From: a bacterium
GTDB taxonomy: Bacteria; CG2-30-53-67
Length of the DNA stretch: 64,000 nt
NCBI GenBank assembly: GCA_024277725.1
Contig: JAJRUP010000152.1
Location: 520 to 64,519 of the forward strand
Direction: 5' to 3'
Below are positions 37,620-47,652 of this stretch, one piece after another. A model generated the notes under the pieces. The model had not been told where the DNA came from, made no database searches, and saw only the letters and a program-made list of their open reading frames with translations. The position numbers and the translations under genes are program-made. The stretch's first letter is position 1; each line of letters begins with the position of its first letter.

Positions 37620-38660
37620 ATGATCTTCCCCGGTCGCAAAGCACTGATGGAAAAGATCCCCACCGGGAACATCCGTGTGGATGATCTCATTTCCGAATTC
37701 ACCAACCGGAATTTTTCCGGTTACGCGGAATTCCGTTTTCCCGATTCCAAGGGAATCATCCTCTTTCACAGCGGGGAGATCGTGACTGCGATTTACAAGG
37801 GGGAAAGCCGCGTCAAGAGCCAGGAAGAAGGGATTGCGGCCATCAAGAACGCCTGCCGGCTTCAGGACGGAGAGATCAGTGCCTATCAGCTCCCGGGCGA
37901 AATGGCCCATATGCTCCGGGGACTCTGCAACCGGGAATTTCTCGAAGAGATCCATGTGCCGGGAAAACTCAAGTTGCTCCTCGCTGCCCGGGAAGAGGAA
38001 AACCATACCGGAACGCTTGATATTCTTTTCACCCAGCGCAAAGAGAAAGGGATGATCCTCCTGATCAACGGACGCGTGGCCAATACCTTTCTGGAGATGG
38101 ACAAAAACCTGACTCTGGAAGGGAAAGAAGCGCTGGATCGAATCTATGAACTGTTGGACGACGGGGACGGGAACTGCCGGATTTTCAAATCCGATTTTTC
38201 CCGGGAGATCTGGAAAACGAGACGGGGCACCCGAAAACCCCACGAAAGCCGGATCTACGAAATCCTGACGGAACGGGAAAAAACGAAGGAATCTCCCTTG
38301 AGCAGTATCCTGCGTGATTTTTCCAGGAAGGTCAACAACCCTCCCTTTACCGCCCTCCTCCAGGAAGACGGAACCATTCTCGCATCGGCATCGGAAACCG
38401 AAGTACCCACCGACGGCGAGGGTCCATTCAACAAATTCCTTACCGAGGCCTCGGCACTCTTTGAAACTACCCGCTTAGGCACCCTGAAGGAAGTCCTGTG
38501 CACATCGCAGGAGAAGAATCTTCTGATTCGCGCACTTCCGGAGAAGAGGTGTTTTCATGTCCTGGTGATGGAAAGGAAGAACCTCCCCCGGAATCTCCGG
38601 AAACACCTCGCGGAGCTGGACCGGGAGATGGCTGCACTGGAAGAGAAAGCCGTTTCCTGA
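37620..38660 (+). CDS. hypothetical protein with two DUF4388-like segments and a roadblock/LC7-like C-terminal segment
   Basis: AAGGAG 7 nt upstream of the ATG. Residues ~15-60 (GNIRVDDLISEFTNRNFSGYAEF..GIILFHSGEIVTAIY) and ~125-165 (GTLDILFTQRKEKGMILLINGRVANTFL) recall DUF4388. C-terminus (DGTILASASE...LLIRALPEKRCFHVLV) is roadblock-like. Pattern recognition only. Confidence 0.5.
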   Translation: MIFPGRKALMEKIPTGNIRVDDLISEFTNRNFSGYAEFRFPDSKGIILFHSGEIVTAIYKGESRVKSQEEGIAAIKNACRLQDGEISAYQLPGEMAHMLRGLCNREFLEEIHVPGKLKLLLAAREEENHTGTLDILFTQRKEKGMILLINGRVANTFLEMDKNLTLEGKEALDRIYELLDDGDGNCRIFKSDFSREIWKTRRGTRKPHESRIYEILTEREKTKESPLSSILRDFSRKVNNPPFTALLQEDGTILASASETEVPTDGEGPFNKFLTEASALFETTRLGTLKEVLCTSQEKNLLIRALPEKRCFHVLVMERKNLPRNLRKHLAELDREMAALEEKAVS

Positions 38661-38745
38661 CGGCAGGGATCCGGGACCAGAACCCGGGAAAGAGGCACTT
38701 CCGGGGGGCTGCTGATCCCTGACGATGGATCTCGGAAAACGGTTC

Positions 38746-39159
38746 TTAGTGGATTTCCAAGGCGTTAAAGAAATAGGAAATCTCGAAGGCCGCCGTCTCC
38801 GGCGCATCGGAGCCGTGGACGGCATTCTGTTCGATACTGGCGGCAAAGTCCTTCCGGATCGTTCCAACTGCTGCTTCTTCGGGATTGGTGGCCCCCATCA
38901 GCTCCCGGTTCTTCCGGATCACATCTTCCCCTTCCAGCACCATCACCACGCAGGGGCCGGAAGACATGAAATCGGTCAGGCTGGAAAAGAAGGGCCGTTC
39001 CTTGTGAACCGCGTAGAAACCTTCGGCCTCGGCCTTGGACAGATGGATCATCTTGATGGCGGCAATCCGAATCCCCGACTTCTGAAAACGGCGGATCACC
39101 TCACCGAGAATATTCTTTTTCACCCCATCGGGCTTCACAATCGACAATGTTCGTTCCAT
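38746..39159 (-). CDS. ndk: nucleoside-diphosphate kinase
   Basis: [20 protein letters not shown] active-site region. Confidence 0.95.
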   Translation of the reverse strand: MERTLSIVKPDGVKKNILGEVIRRFQKSGIRIAAIKMIHLSKAEAEGFYAVHKERPFFSSLTDFMSSGPCVVMVLEGEDVIRKNRELMGATNPEEAAVGTIRKDFAASIEQNAVHGSDAPETAAFEISYFFNALEIH

Positions 39160-39439
39160 GGATCTGCTCCTTTTTCAACAAGATTGCAAATAAAATTTGA
39201 TCTATGTAACACACAAACAAAGTGGAAGTCAAACATTATCGCAGCTTCAAATCCCATGACCTGCCTGCCGCAGGCAGGCGGAAATGGTTCTCCACCCGCG
39301 CAGCGGTGGGTCTCCTGAAGCCCCCCCGAAGGGGGGACGTAACCCCCTGTCACGCAGTCTGGCATCACAGATGAGGAAGGGAAAAAGCGCGAGAATGAAC
39401 ACAAAGCTCATACACCGGATCGGTTGAACCTCTCCGGGT

Positions 39440-39465
39440 CCGCCACCTGTGAGGTGGTGGTTTTA
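39440..39465 (+). terminator. plus-strand intrinsic terminator-like hairpin (ccgccacc-tgtga-ggtggtgg + TTTTA)
   Basis: 8-bp GC stem with one G-U wobble, 5-nt loop, U-rich tail only on the plus strand. Closes a GC-hairpin-rich ~200-nt segment (39245-39465) antisense to the ndk upstream region. Confidence 0.45.
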
Positions 39466-39565
39466 GATCAGAAGAATACGGCGGCCACAGTCTTAACTGA
39501 CGGAGGCCCCTTGGGTGAGTTTCGAGATTGTCATGGAGGAGAATTGAGAAGGTTGAGAAAATACT

Positions 39566-40117
39566 CTATTTTGCTTTTAATCTCTCCGCCTCCTCCAACC
39601 CCGCCTGAAGGGCCTTGAGATTCAGCTCTTCCGTCCCCCGGGGAACCCGCGAGAGAACCGCCTCTTCGATGGCCTTCCGTGAAACCACCCCGGTGAGTCC
39701 GACAACGGCTCCGAGTGCCACGATATTGCCAACAATCCGACGCCCGATCTTTTCCCCGGCAACCTGAAAGATCGGAACGGAGTAGACGGTGAACTCCCCC
39801 TTCGGGACCTTCTTCACTTCCTGGGGATCAACGATCAGGATGCCTCCGGGCTTGAGATCCGAAGAATACTTGTCACAGGAAACCTGTGTCAGTGCCAGCA
39901 GAATATCGATGTTCGTCGCTTTGGGGTAATCGATCTCTCCCTCACTGATAATGACCTCGGCCTTGCTCGCCCCGCCCCGGGCCTCGGGACCGTAAGACTG
40001 ACTCTGTACGGCATTCTTGTCGTCATAGATCGCCGCCGCTTCGGCCAGGATCACTCCGGCCAGAATAATCCCCTGACCGCCGGACCCGCTGAACCGGACT
40101 TCCACTCGATTGGACAT
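39566..40117 (-). CDS. korC: 2-oxoacid:ferredoxin oxidoreductase gamma subunit
   Basis: VRFSGSGGQGIILAG...YGPEARGG gamma-subunit signature. Confidence 0.85.
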   Translation of the reverse strand: MSNRVEVRFSGSGGQGIILAGVILAEAAAIYDDKNAVQSQSYGPEARGGASKAEVIISEGEIDYPKATNIDILLALTQVSCDKYSSDLKPGGILIVDPQEVKKVPKGEFTVYSVPIFQVAGEKIGRRIVGNIVALGAVVGLTGVVSRKAIEEAVLSRVPRGTEELNLKALQAGLEEAERLKAK

Positions 40118-40210
40118 GAAAAACCCTCACTTCGTTCGGTTCAAACCGTTCAAACAGTCGAATCGGTTTAAACGGCTTAAACGGTTTAAACTATTTGAAC
40201 CGTCCTTTAT
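40118..40210. repeat. AT-rich nested palindromic element between korB and korC
   Basis: cggttcaaaccgttcaaac...ggtttaaacggcttaaacggtttaaac...tttgaaccg. Outer 9-bp inverted repeat and repeated GTTTAAAC palindromes, inside a GC-rich operon. Confidence 0.5.
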
Positions 40211-41077
40211 TTAATTCCCCACCTCGCTCTTCGGGCCGCTCCCCTGGATATACCGCCGCTTACGGACCTCCGAGGCTCGTTCACTCATCTTCCGGTACCG
40301 TTCAATAAATCCGATGCGGGGATGATCCACAAAGATTCCCGTAATGATCTTTCCTTCCCGTTCCTCGTCGGTCATCTTTTCCGCCTTTTCCCTGGGAACA
40401 CTGTCCTTCTTGAAATGTTCCAGAAAGGTCACCGGGTTCGGGGTACGGTTCCGCCGGCCATAAACGGTCGGACATTGGGTTACCGCCTCGACCAGGGAAA
40501 ACCCTTCCCGATCCAGCGCTTTGGCAATATACCCTTCGAGTTGGGCGGCATGATAAACGGTACTCCGTGCCACAAAGGACGCCCCCGCGCCCTCCGTCAG
40601 CCGGACGATATCAAAATTGGGCTCCACCTGGCCGTAGGGAGCGGTACTGGCCATCTTGCCTTCCGGGGTGGCGGGGGAATATTGCCCGCCCGTCATGGCA
40701 TAGATGGAATTGTTGAAAAGGATCACCGTCAGGTCCATGTTCCGCCGTGCGGCATGGATCAGGTGGTTTCCGCCGATGGCCAGCGCATCGCCGTCACCGG
40801 TGACGACAATCACATGGAGCCGCGGTTTGGCGATTTTGATCCCCGTGGCAAAGGCGATCGCACGGCCGTGGGTCGTGTGGAGGGTGTTGAAATCGAGGTA
40901 TCCCGAAGTCCGGCTGGAACAGCCGATTCCCGAGACAACCACCACATCGTCCTTGCTCCATCCCATCTTATGAATGGCGCGGATCAGGGCTTTGACGACG
41001 ATCCCGTTCCCGCAACCGGGGCACCAGATATGGGGAAAGGTGGACGGTCGGATGTATTGCTCATAATCAAAGGCCAT
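40211..41077 (-). CDS. korB: 2-oxoacid:ferredoxin oxidoreductase beta subunit (TPP-binding)
   Basis: WCPGCGNG, GIGCS, GDGDALAIGGNH TPP motif. Confidence 0.9.
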   Translation of the reverse strand: MAFDYEQYIRPSTFPHIWCPGCGNGIVVKALIRAIHKMGWSKDDVVVVSGIGCSSRTSGYLDFNTLHTTHGRAIAFATGIKIAKPRLHVIVVTGDGDALAIGGNHLIHAARRNMDLTVILFNNSIYAMTGGQYSPATPEGKMASTAPYGQVEPNFDIVRLTEGAGASFVARSTVYHAAQLEGYIAKALDREGFSLVEAVTQCPTVYGRRNRTPNPVTFLEHFKKDSVPREKAEKMTDEEREGKIITGIFVDHPRIGFIERYRKMSERASEVRKRRYIQGSGPKSEVGN

Positions 41078-41123
41078 CGTTCAACCCTTTCGAAAAATCG
41101 CTCCCGGGATCGTACGCCTCTTC

Positions 41124-42293
41124 TCAGTCGACCTCCAGAATCCTGTCCAGGATCTCCTCCGGAGAGATGGGCAGGGCGTCGACCCGGTTGAGAGGAACCA
41201 ATCGGGACGAAGGTTCGATCCATTTGCGGACTTCCCCGGCCAACTGTCCGAAACTCAACTCCGGAACGATGATCCGCCGTACTCCCCTGCAGAACTCCCC
41301 CAGTTCCCGGATGGGAAAAGGCCAGATGGTGACGGGGCGGAAAAAACCGACGTTTTTTCCCCGTTGCCATGCCTCTTTCACGGCATGATTTGCCGCCCGC
41401 GCCGTCGAACCGAAGGCCACAACAACCGTATCGAGGGATCCCTGCTGATCTTCCGGAACGATCTGCTCCACATTCCGGATCTCCTCCGCTCCCCGTTCGA
41501 TCTTGCCAATGAGACGTTCCGCCTGACACCGGACCTGTTCCGGCAATCCCGTAGGAAATCCTGTTTCATCGTGATACAGCCCCGTGATGTGAAAGCGGTA
41601 TCCCTCGCCGAAGGCTGCCAGGGGCGAGACATCCCGATCATTGGCATAGGGAAGATACTTATCCTTCGGTCCCCCGGGAGACAACCGGTCGACCACCGAA
41701 TATTCCGCAGGATCGGGAATAACGACCTTCTCCCGCATGTGGGCCAGGATCTCATCCATGAGGAGGATCACCGGTGTCCGGAACCTCTCGGCAAGGTTGA
41801 AGGCCCGGATCGTTTCAGAAAAGACCTCCCGAACCGAGGAAGGGACGAGGACGATCATCGGGTGGTCCCCGTGGGTCCCCCAGCGTGTCTGCATCAGGTC
41901 CGCCTGGGAAGGTCCCGTGGGATGCCCCGTGGAAGGACCGGAACGCATGACATCAATGATCACACAGGGGATCTCCGCCATGCAGGCAAATCCGATGTTC
42001 TCCTGTTTCAGGGAAAATCCGGGACCGCTGGTGGCGGTCATCGATTTCACCCCGGCGATGGAGGCCCCGATCACGGCGGCAATCGAGGCGATCTCATCCT
42101 CCATCTGGATAAAGTTTCCTCCCACTCTCGGAAGGTAGAGAGAGAGAACCTCGGCAATCTCGGAAGAGGGGGTAATCGGATAGCCGGCAAAGAAACGGCA
42201 CCCCGCCGCCAGGGCGCCTTCGGCACAGGCCTCATTCCCCTGCATGAGGCGGACATCCCGCCCCTTCTTCTCTCCTTCGGCACGAGGCGTCAT
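41124..42293 (-). CDS. korA: 2-oxoacid:ferredoxin oxidoreductase alpha subunit
   Basis: LMQGNEACAEGALAAGCRFFAGYPITPSSEI. Start set at the Met near 42293; the ORF extends to 42428 into korD. Confidence 0.85.
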   Translation of the reverse strand: MTPRAEGEKKGRDVRLMQGNEACAEGALAAGCRFFAGYPITPSSEIAEVLSLYLPRVGGNFIQMEDEIASIAAVIGASIAGVKSMTATSGPGFSLKQENIGFACMAEIPCVIIDVMRSGPSTGHPTGPSQADLMQTRWGTHGDHPMIVLVPSSVREVFSETIRAFNLAERFRTPVILLMDEILAHMREKVVIPDPAEYSVVDRLSPGGPKDKYLPYANDRDVSPLAAFGEGYRFHITGLYHDETGFPTGLPEQVRCQAERLIGKIERGAEEIRNVEQIVPEDQQGSLDTVVVAFGSTARAANHAVKEAWQRGKNVGFFRPVTIWPFPIRELGEFCRGVRRIIVPELSFGQLAGEVRKWIEPSSRLVPLNRVDALPISPEEILDRILEVD

Positions 42294-42586
42294 CGACCTT
42301 TTCCTTTCCGTACAGGCACTTTTTCCTCCACCTTCCTCCCTTCCTCTTGGTTCCCCTTTTCCACGGCAGGCCCCTTCGGATGACAGAGGATGGCAAAATC
42401 GGGACAGTGCTGTTCGCACATCAGACAACCGATACAGTCCTTCATCCTTACCGGCTCACAATGAAATTCCGGATAGGTCAGCTCCAGCACCTGTTTCGGA
42501 CAGAGGGCGACACAGATCCCGCAGGACTTGCAACGTTTCGTGTCCACTACAATCTTAAACTCTTTTTTCGTCTTCTTTTCCGTCAT
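42290..42586 (-). CDS. korD: 2-oxoacid:ferredoxin oxidoreductase delta subunit (2x[4Fe-4S] ferredoxin)
   Basis: [12 protein letters not shown] and [12 protein letters not shown]. Confidence 0.8.
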   Translation of the reverse strand: MTEKKTKKEFKIVVDTKRCKSCGICVALCPKQVLELTYPEFHCEPVRMKDCIGCLMCEQHCPDFAILCHPKGPAVEKGNQEEGRKVEEKVPVRKGKGR

Positions 42587-43460
42587 CGTTCTCGATTAGG
42601 ACCTTTCGAATCGTTTCCCCGATTGCAGCTGGATGTTCCGCCATCCGGACACCGGCGGCGCGCAAGGCTTCGATCTTGACTTCGGCCGTTCCCCGGCCTC
42701 CGGAGATGATCGCTCCGGCATGGCCCATCCGTTTGCCCGCCGGCGCCGTCTTCCCGGAAATATATCCCACCACCGGTTTGTGAAAGGAGGTCCGGATAAA
42801 CTCCGCCGCCTCTTCTTCGGCCCTCCCGCCGATCTCGCCGATCAGGACCACGCCCTCCGTCTCCGGGTCCTCCTGGAAGAGGGCCAAAAGATCAACAAAG
42901 GAGGTCCCCACAATCGGATCGCCGCCGATGCCGATGCAGGTACTCTGTCCCTCTCCTGCTTTCGTAATCTGACGCACCGCCTCATAGGTCAGGGTCCCGC
43001 TGCGGGAGATGACCCCCACCCGCCCGGGGCGATGGATCGGACCGGGCATGATCCCGATCTTGCAGGCACCGGGCGTAATAATCCCCGGACAATTGGGGCC
43101 GATAAGACGGCTGTTCTTCCCCTTCAGAAAACGGACGACATCGGCCATATCGAGGAGGGGAATCCCTTCCGTGACACAGACAATCAGCTCCACCCCGGCT
43201 TCCACCGCCTCCAGGATGGAATCGGCCGCGTAAGGGGCCGGCACCATGATCATGGAGGCATCGATCGAATGCCGTGCGCAGGCCCGCTCCACGGTATCGT
43301 AGACGGGCACTCCGTCCACGGTCTTGCCTTCCTTCCCGGGCGTCACACCGGCGACAATCTTCGTACCGTAGTTGAGGCACTGCCGGGCGTGAAAAGAACC
43401 TTCCCGTCCCGTGATCCCCTGGATCAAGATCTTCGTTTCTCTATGAACGAATATACTCAT
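42555..43460 (-). CDS. sucD: succinyl-CoA synthetase alpha subunit
   Basis: [12 protein letters not shown], CoA-binding and phosphohistidine region (ISRSGTL..GIGGDP). Confidence 0.9.
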   Translation of the reverse strand: MSIFVHRETKILIQGITGREGSFHARQCLNYGTKIVAGVTPGKEGKTVDGVPVYDTVERACARHSIDASMIMVPAPYAADSILEAVEAGVELIVCVTEGIPLLDMADVVRFLKGKNSRLIGPNCPGIITPGACKIGIMPGPIHRPGRVGVISRSGTLTYEAVRQITKAGEGQSTCIGIGGDPIVGTSFVDLLALFQEDPETEGVVLIGEIGGRAEEEAAEFIRTSFHKPVVGYISGKTAPAGKRMGHAGAIISGGRGTAEVKIEALRAAGVRMAEHPAAIGETIRKVLIENDDGKEDEKRV

Positions 43461-43609
43461 CCTTGGCCTATCCCGCAATCGGAGGAACCGCCCGTTGCTG
43501 TCTTTACTTCATCATCTCACGCCTAACCTTCATCCTCTCATGGATCAATATCGGAAACGGGGAGAAATGATTAAGGTCAGGTGAAAAACGGCATAACCAC
43601 CTCAGACGA

Positions 43610-44776
43610 TCAGGAAGCCTCCTGTACACTCCGAACGATTTTCGTCGCCGCTTCCAACATGTCGGAGGCCGTTTCGATCGCCAATTTCGACTTCCGGAAG
43701 ATCGCCCTCCCCTCCTTGACGTTGGTCCCTTCAAGACGGACAACGATGGGGAGGACCATCTTCAGCTTGGCCGCTGCTTCCACAACCCCCTCCGCCACCC
43801 GGTCACAGCGGACAATTCCGCCGAAGATATTGATCAGCACCCCCCGTACCCGTGAATCGCCCATGAGAATCCGGAAAGCCTTCTCGATCCGCTCCACGTC
43901 GGCCGCTCCGCCCACGTCGAGAAAGTTGGCGGGCGCTCCCCCCACGTGCTGGATCATGTCCATCGTCGCCATGGCGAGCCCGGCGCCATTGACCATACAT
44001 CCGATGTTCCCCTCCAGGCGGATATAACTCAGATGAGACTCCATGGCTTCCCGTTCCAGAGAATCTTCCTCCTCCGGGTCGCGCATCGCTTCGATCTCCG
44101 GCTGCCGGAAGAGGGAATTGTCATCAATCAGGATTTTGGCGTCAAGGGCCACCAGACGATGGTCCCCTGTCACCACGAGAGGGTTGACTTCCACAAGAGA
44201 ACAATCCCGGGCGATGAAGGTACTGTAAAGATTGGAGGCCACCTGCAGAAAGGACGGCAGGAGCTGTTTGCCGATCTTCAGGGCATGGGCCATCCGTCGG
44301 ACGTAAAAGGGCCTTAAACCCAACGCCGTATCAATAAAGAATCGATGGATCTTCTGAGGATGAAGGTGCGCCAGTTCTTCAATATCCACCCCTCCCGCTG
44401 CACTGGCCATGACCACTTGAGAGGCCGTCTCCCGGTCCAGGGTGATCGCCAGGTAGAGTTCCCGGTGAATCTCCAGCGCCCGCTCCACCAGGACCTGTCG
44501 CACCAGGGATCCTTCCGGACCGGTCTGGGGCGTAACCAGCTTTTGACCCAACAATTCTCCCGCGATCTTTTTTGCCTCGGAGGCATCTTCCGCCAACCGG
44601 ACCCCGCCTCCCTTTCCCCGCCCTCCGGCATGGATCTGAGCCTTGACGACAACACGCCCCGTAATCTTCTCTGCGATCTTTTCCGCCAACTCAGGCGTCG
44701 TTGCGGGATGCCCGAAGGGAACGGGGACTCCAAAGTCGTGCAGGATCGCCTTCGCCTGATATTCGTGGATCTTCAT
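43610..44776 (-). CDS. sucC: succinyl-CoA synthetase beta subunit
   Basis: MKIHEYQAKAIL, ATP-grasp, GNIGCMVNGAGLAMATMD. Confidence 0.9.
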   Translation of the reverse strand: MKIHEYQAKAILHDFGVPVPFGHPATTPELAEKIAEKITGRVVVKAQIHAGGRGKGGGVRLAEDASEAKKIAGELLGQKLVTPQTGPEGSLVRQVLVERALEIHRELYLAITLDRETASQVVMASAAGGVDIEELAHLHPQKIHRFFIDTALGLRPFYVRRMAHALKIGKQLLPSFLQVASNLYSTFIARDCSLVEVNPLVVTGDHRLVALDAKILIDDNSLFRQPEIEAMRDPEEEDSLEREAMESHLSYIRLEGNIGCMVNGAGLAMATMDMIQHVGGAPANFLDVGGAADVERIEKAFRILMGDSRVRGVLINIFGGIVRCDRVAEGVVEAAAKLKMVLPIVVRLEGTNVKEGRAIFRKSKLAIETASDMLEAATKIVRSVQEAS

Positions 44777-44811
44777 ATTCAGAGACCATCACATTTTCGG
44801 ATTGTTCTTTT

Positions 44812-45540
44812 CTATCTCCCGGACTTTGATTTTTTCCTGAGCCGCGACCGGAGGATCTCCATTTTCAGCTCTGCAATCGCCCCGGTGACGTTGATCTCCT
44901 TCGGACAGGTCTCCACACAATTGAAGATTGTATGACACTTGTAGGGGCCGGTCAAATCATTGAGAATCTCAAGGCGTTCCTCCCCCGCCTGATCCCGGGA
45001 ATCGAAGATAAAACGGTGCGCCTTGAGGAGCGCCGCAGGTCCCAGGTAGGCCTTGTCATACCAGTAGGTGGGGCAGGCCGAGGTGCAGGAACCACAGAGG
45101 ATGCATTTGGTCGGCTCGTCAATGCGGTCCCGCTCTTCAGGACTCTGAAGCCGCTCCTTTTCCGGCGGTCGATCGTTGTTAACGAACCAGGGCTTGACCG
45201 CCTCATTCCGTTCGAAAAAGGCATCGCTATCGACGATGAGATCCTTGATGACGGGAAACCCCTTCAAGGGATCAATCCGGATCACTCCCCGTTTCTTCAG
45301 GTCTCGCACGAGGGTCCGGCAGGCGAGCCGGTTCTTTCCGTTGATCATCATGGCATCGGAACCACAGACACCGTGAGCGCAGGAACGCCGAAAAGAGAGG
45401 GTTCCATCGAGTTTCCACTTGATCTCATGGATGCAATCGAGAATCCGCCAGTCCGGCTGCACGTCGATCCTGTACTCCCGGTACAGCGGGACAGAACCGT
45501 TTTCCGGATCAAAACGGAAGATTTTGAAGCATCGTTCCAT
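44812..45540 (-). CDS. sdhB: succinate dehydrogenase / fumarate reductase iron-sulfur subunit
   Basis: [2Fe-2S] (CAHGVCGSDAMMINGKNRLAC) and CILCGSCTSACP / CHTIFNCVETCP clusters. Confidence 0.9.
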   Translation of the reverse strand: MERCFKIFRFDPENGSVPLYREYRIDVQPDWRILDCIHEIKWKLDGTLSFRRSCAHGVCGSDAMMINGKNRLACRTLVRDLKKRGVIRIDPLKGFPVIKDLIVDSDAFFERNEAVKPWFVNNDRPPEKERLQSPEERDRIDEPTKCILCGSCTSACPTYWYDKAYLGPAALLKAHRFIFDSRDQAGEERLEILNDLTGPYKCHTIFNCVETCPKEINVTGAIAELKMEILRSRLRKKSKSGR

Positions 45541-45541
45541 C

Positions 45542-47275
45542 TCAGTAGGTCCTTTCCCTCGGCTGAAAACGGGTAATCACCACCGGCTTATAGGAGATTT
45601 CCGGTCCCTCCGCCCCCTTGCGGACCAGGGTATGTTTCAGAAAGTTTTCATCATCCCGGTCGGGGTAGTCTTCCCGGAAGTGCGCCCCCCGGCTCTCTTT
45701 GCGTGCCAGAGCACCGGCCACCATCGTCTCGGCAAGGGAGAGCAGATCGCCAAGCTCCCAGGCCTCGATCAGGTCGGTGTTACAAACCCGTCCCCGATCC
45801 ATGATCCGAATGCCGGCATAGCGGGTACGGAGCCGGGCCAGGTCCGCCTGCGCCTCCCGAAGGAGTTGCTCATTGCGAAAAACGGAACAGCGGAACATCA
45901 TCACCTCCTGAAGCAGCGACCGGATCCCGGCCGCCGTCTCCTCGCCGGAACCGCTTAAGAGATCCTCGATACGAAGGCAAACGGCATCGGCAACATCGGC
46001 GGCAGGTCCCGGCATACCGAGACCGCCGATATCGGTCAGGATCCGCCTCCCCGCCCGTTTTCCGAAAACGACAATGTCAAGAAGGGAGTTGCAACCAAGA
46101 CGGTTTCCACCATGGACGGAAACACAGGCACATTCCCCCGCAGCATAGAGACCGGGGACGGGGGTCCCTTTGTCATCGACGACCACCCGGCCGTCCACAT
46201 CGGTGGGGATCCCCCCCATGGCATAATGGGCCGTCGGCTGTACCGGGATCGGCTCCCGGATCGCATCAACCCCGATATAGGTCAAGGCGAAACTGTGGAT
46301 ATCGGGGAGTTTTTCCAGGATCTTCTTTTTGCCCATATGACGAATATCGAGATGGACATAGTCTTTCCCACCAATGCCCCGATTTTCGCGGATCTCCCGG
46401 TAGATCGCCCGGGAGACGACGTCTCGCGGGGCGATGTCCTTCATCGACGGGGCATAACGTTCCATGAATCGCTCTGCATGGCCGTTGAGAAGGATCCCCC
46501 CCTCCCCTCGGGCCCCCTCGGTGATGAGGATCCCCAGCTTGTAGATCCCCGTGGGGTGGAACTGGATGAATTCCATGTCCTCCAGGGGAATCCCGGCGGC
46601 ATAAGCCATGGCCATACCGTCCCCCGTATTGGCATGGGCGTTGGAAGTCGTCTTGAAAACACGGCCGTAGCCCCCCGTTGCGAGAAGGACCGCCTTGGCA
46701 TGAAAGAGATGAATCCCGCCATGTACAACGTCCCAGGCCACGACCCCCTCGACGCTCCCCTCCTCCCGGATCAGGGAGAGAGCGTAATACTCCGAATAGA
46801 AGCGGACTTCCTTCCGCAGACAATGTTCATAAAGGGTATGCAGGATCACATGCCCCGTCCGGTCCGCCGCATGACAGGCCCGCGTGGCCGAGTGCCCCCC
46901 GAAAGGGCGCTGCGAGATCCGTCCGTCGGGCAGGCGGCTGAAGGGGACGCCGAGATGCTCCAGTTCATAGACCGTCTGCGGAGCTTCCGAACAGAGAACC
47001 TCGATCGCATCCTGATCGCCGAGATAATCGCTTCCCTTCACCGTATCAAAGATATGTTTCTCGCAGGAATCGTCGTCCACATTGCCCAGGGCCGCAGCGA
47101 TCCCTCCCTGGGCGGCACCGGTATGGGACCGGGAGGGAAAGACCTTGCTGAGGACCGCCACATCAGCCCCGTCGGACGCCTCCAGGGCGGCCCGGAGTCC
47201 GGCACCGCCGGCCCCGACGATCAGCACATCATGGCGGTGCAGAACAGGAGAGGAAATTGTCGTCATAAAGGGCAC
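45542..47275 (-). CDS. sdhA: succinate dehydrogenase / fumarate reductase flavoprotein subunit
   Basis: [17 protein letters not shown] motif, covalent-FAD His region (SHTGAAQGG), HGGNRLG. Confidence 0.9.
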   Translation of the reverse strand: MPFMTTISSPVLHRHDVLIVGAGGAGLRAALEASDGADVAVLSKVFPSRSHTGAAQGGIAAALGNVDDDSCEKHIFDTVKGSDYLGDQDAIEVLCSEAPQTVYELEHLGVPFSRLPDGRISQRPFGGHSATRACHAADRTGHVILHTLYEHCLRKEVRFYSEYYALSLIREEGSVEGVVAWDVVHGGIHLFHAKAVLLATGGYGRVFKTTSNAHANTGDGMAMAYAAGIPLEDMEFIQFHPTGIYKLGILITEGARGEGGILLNGHAERFMERYAPSMKDIAPRDVVSRAIYREIRENRGIGGKDYVHLDIRHMGKKKILEKLPDIHSFALTYIGVDAIREPIPVQPTAHYAMGGIPTDVDGRVVVDDKGTPVPGLYAAGECACVSVHGGNRLGCNSLLDIVVFGKRAGRRILTDIGGLGMPGPAADVADAVCLRIEDLLSGSGEETAAGIRSLLQEVMMFRCSVFRNEQLLREAQADLARLRTRYAGIRIMDRGRVCNTDLIEAWELGDLLSLAETMVAGALARKESRGAHFREDYPDRDDENFLKHTLVRKGAEGPEISYKPVVITRFQPRERTY

Positions 47276-47281
47276 GTTCCT

Positions 47282-47644
47282 TTACGATTGAATCGTGAAA
47301 ACCGCGATCGAATAGACACCGATCATGAAAAACACCAGTGCCACCGTCCAGAGCAGGATGAGAAGCATGCGCTGCAGCTTTTCACGATGTACATATTCCA
47401 GCACCACCGTCTGAAAACCGTTAAAACCATGGAAAATTGCAAGGGTCAGAAAAAGAATGTCAAAGATCTTCCAGTAGGGCGAAGCCAGGCGGACCGCCAC
47501 CTTCCGGTAAGTCACAAAACCTTCCTGGAAATAATGGAGAAAGTAGAAGTGCGTCAGCAACAGGATCAGCAACCCCGCCGCCGTCAGGCGTTGCAGGAAC
47601 CAGAGCAGGATTCCGCCCGGTCGTCTCGCATCCACAAATGCCAT
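47282..47644 (-). CDS. sdhD: succinate dehydrogenase membrane anchor subunit (SdhD-like)
   Basis: Three TM helices. Start set at MAFVDARRPGG. Position in the sdhCDAB operon. Confidence 0.65.
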   Translation of the reverse strand: MAFVDARRPGGILLWFLQRLTAAGLLILLLTHFYFLHYFQEGFVTYRKVAVRLASPYWKIFDILFLTLAIFHGFNGFQTVVLEYVHREKLQRMLLILLWTVALVFFMIGVYSIAVFTIQS

Positions 47645-47652
47645 AACATTCC

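Noticed and set aside
39200-39565. Check for RNase P RNA, 6S RNA, tmRNA or SRP RNA in the 400-bp ndk-korC spacer, and for tRNA genes in all large intergenic regions
   Set aside because: None of the conserved signatures are present: GGAAAGUCCGGGCUCC / ACAGAA.CCGGCUUA for RNase P, the tRNA-like ends of tmRNA, GUCAGGUCCGGAAGGAAGCAGC for SRP, GGTTCGAATCC-type T-loops for tRNA.
42555-42586. 32-bp overlap between sucD 3' end and korD 5' end as evidence of mis-annotation or frameshift
   Set aside because: Both reading frames are intact, in different phases, and carry clear family motifs. Short overlaps are common in tightly packed operons.
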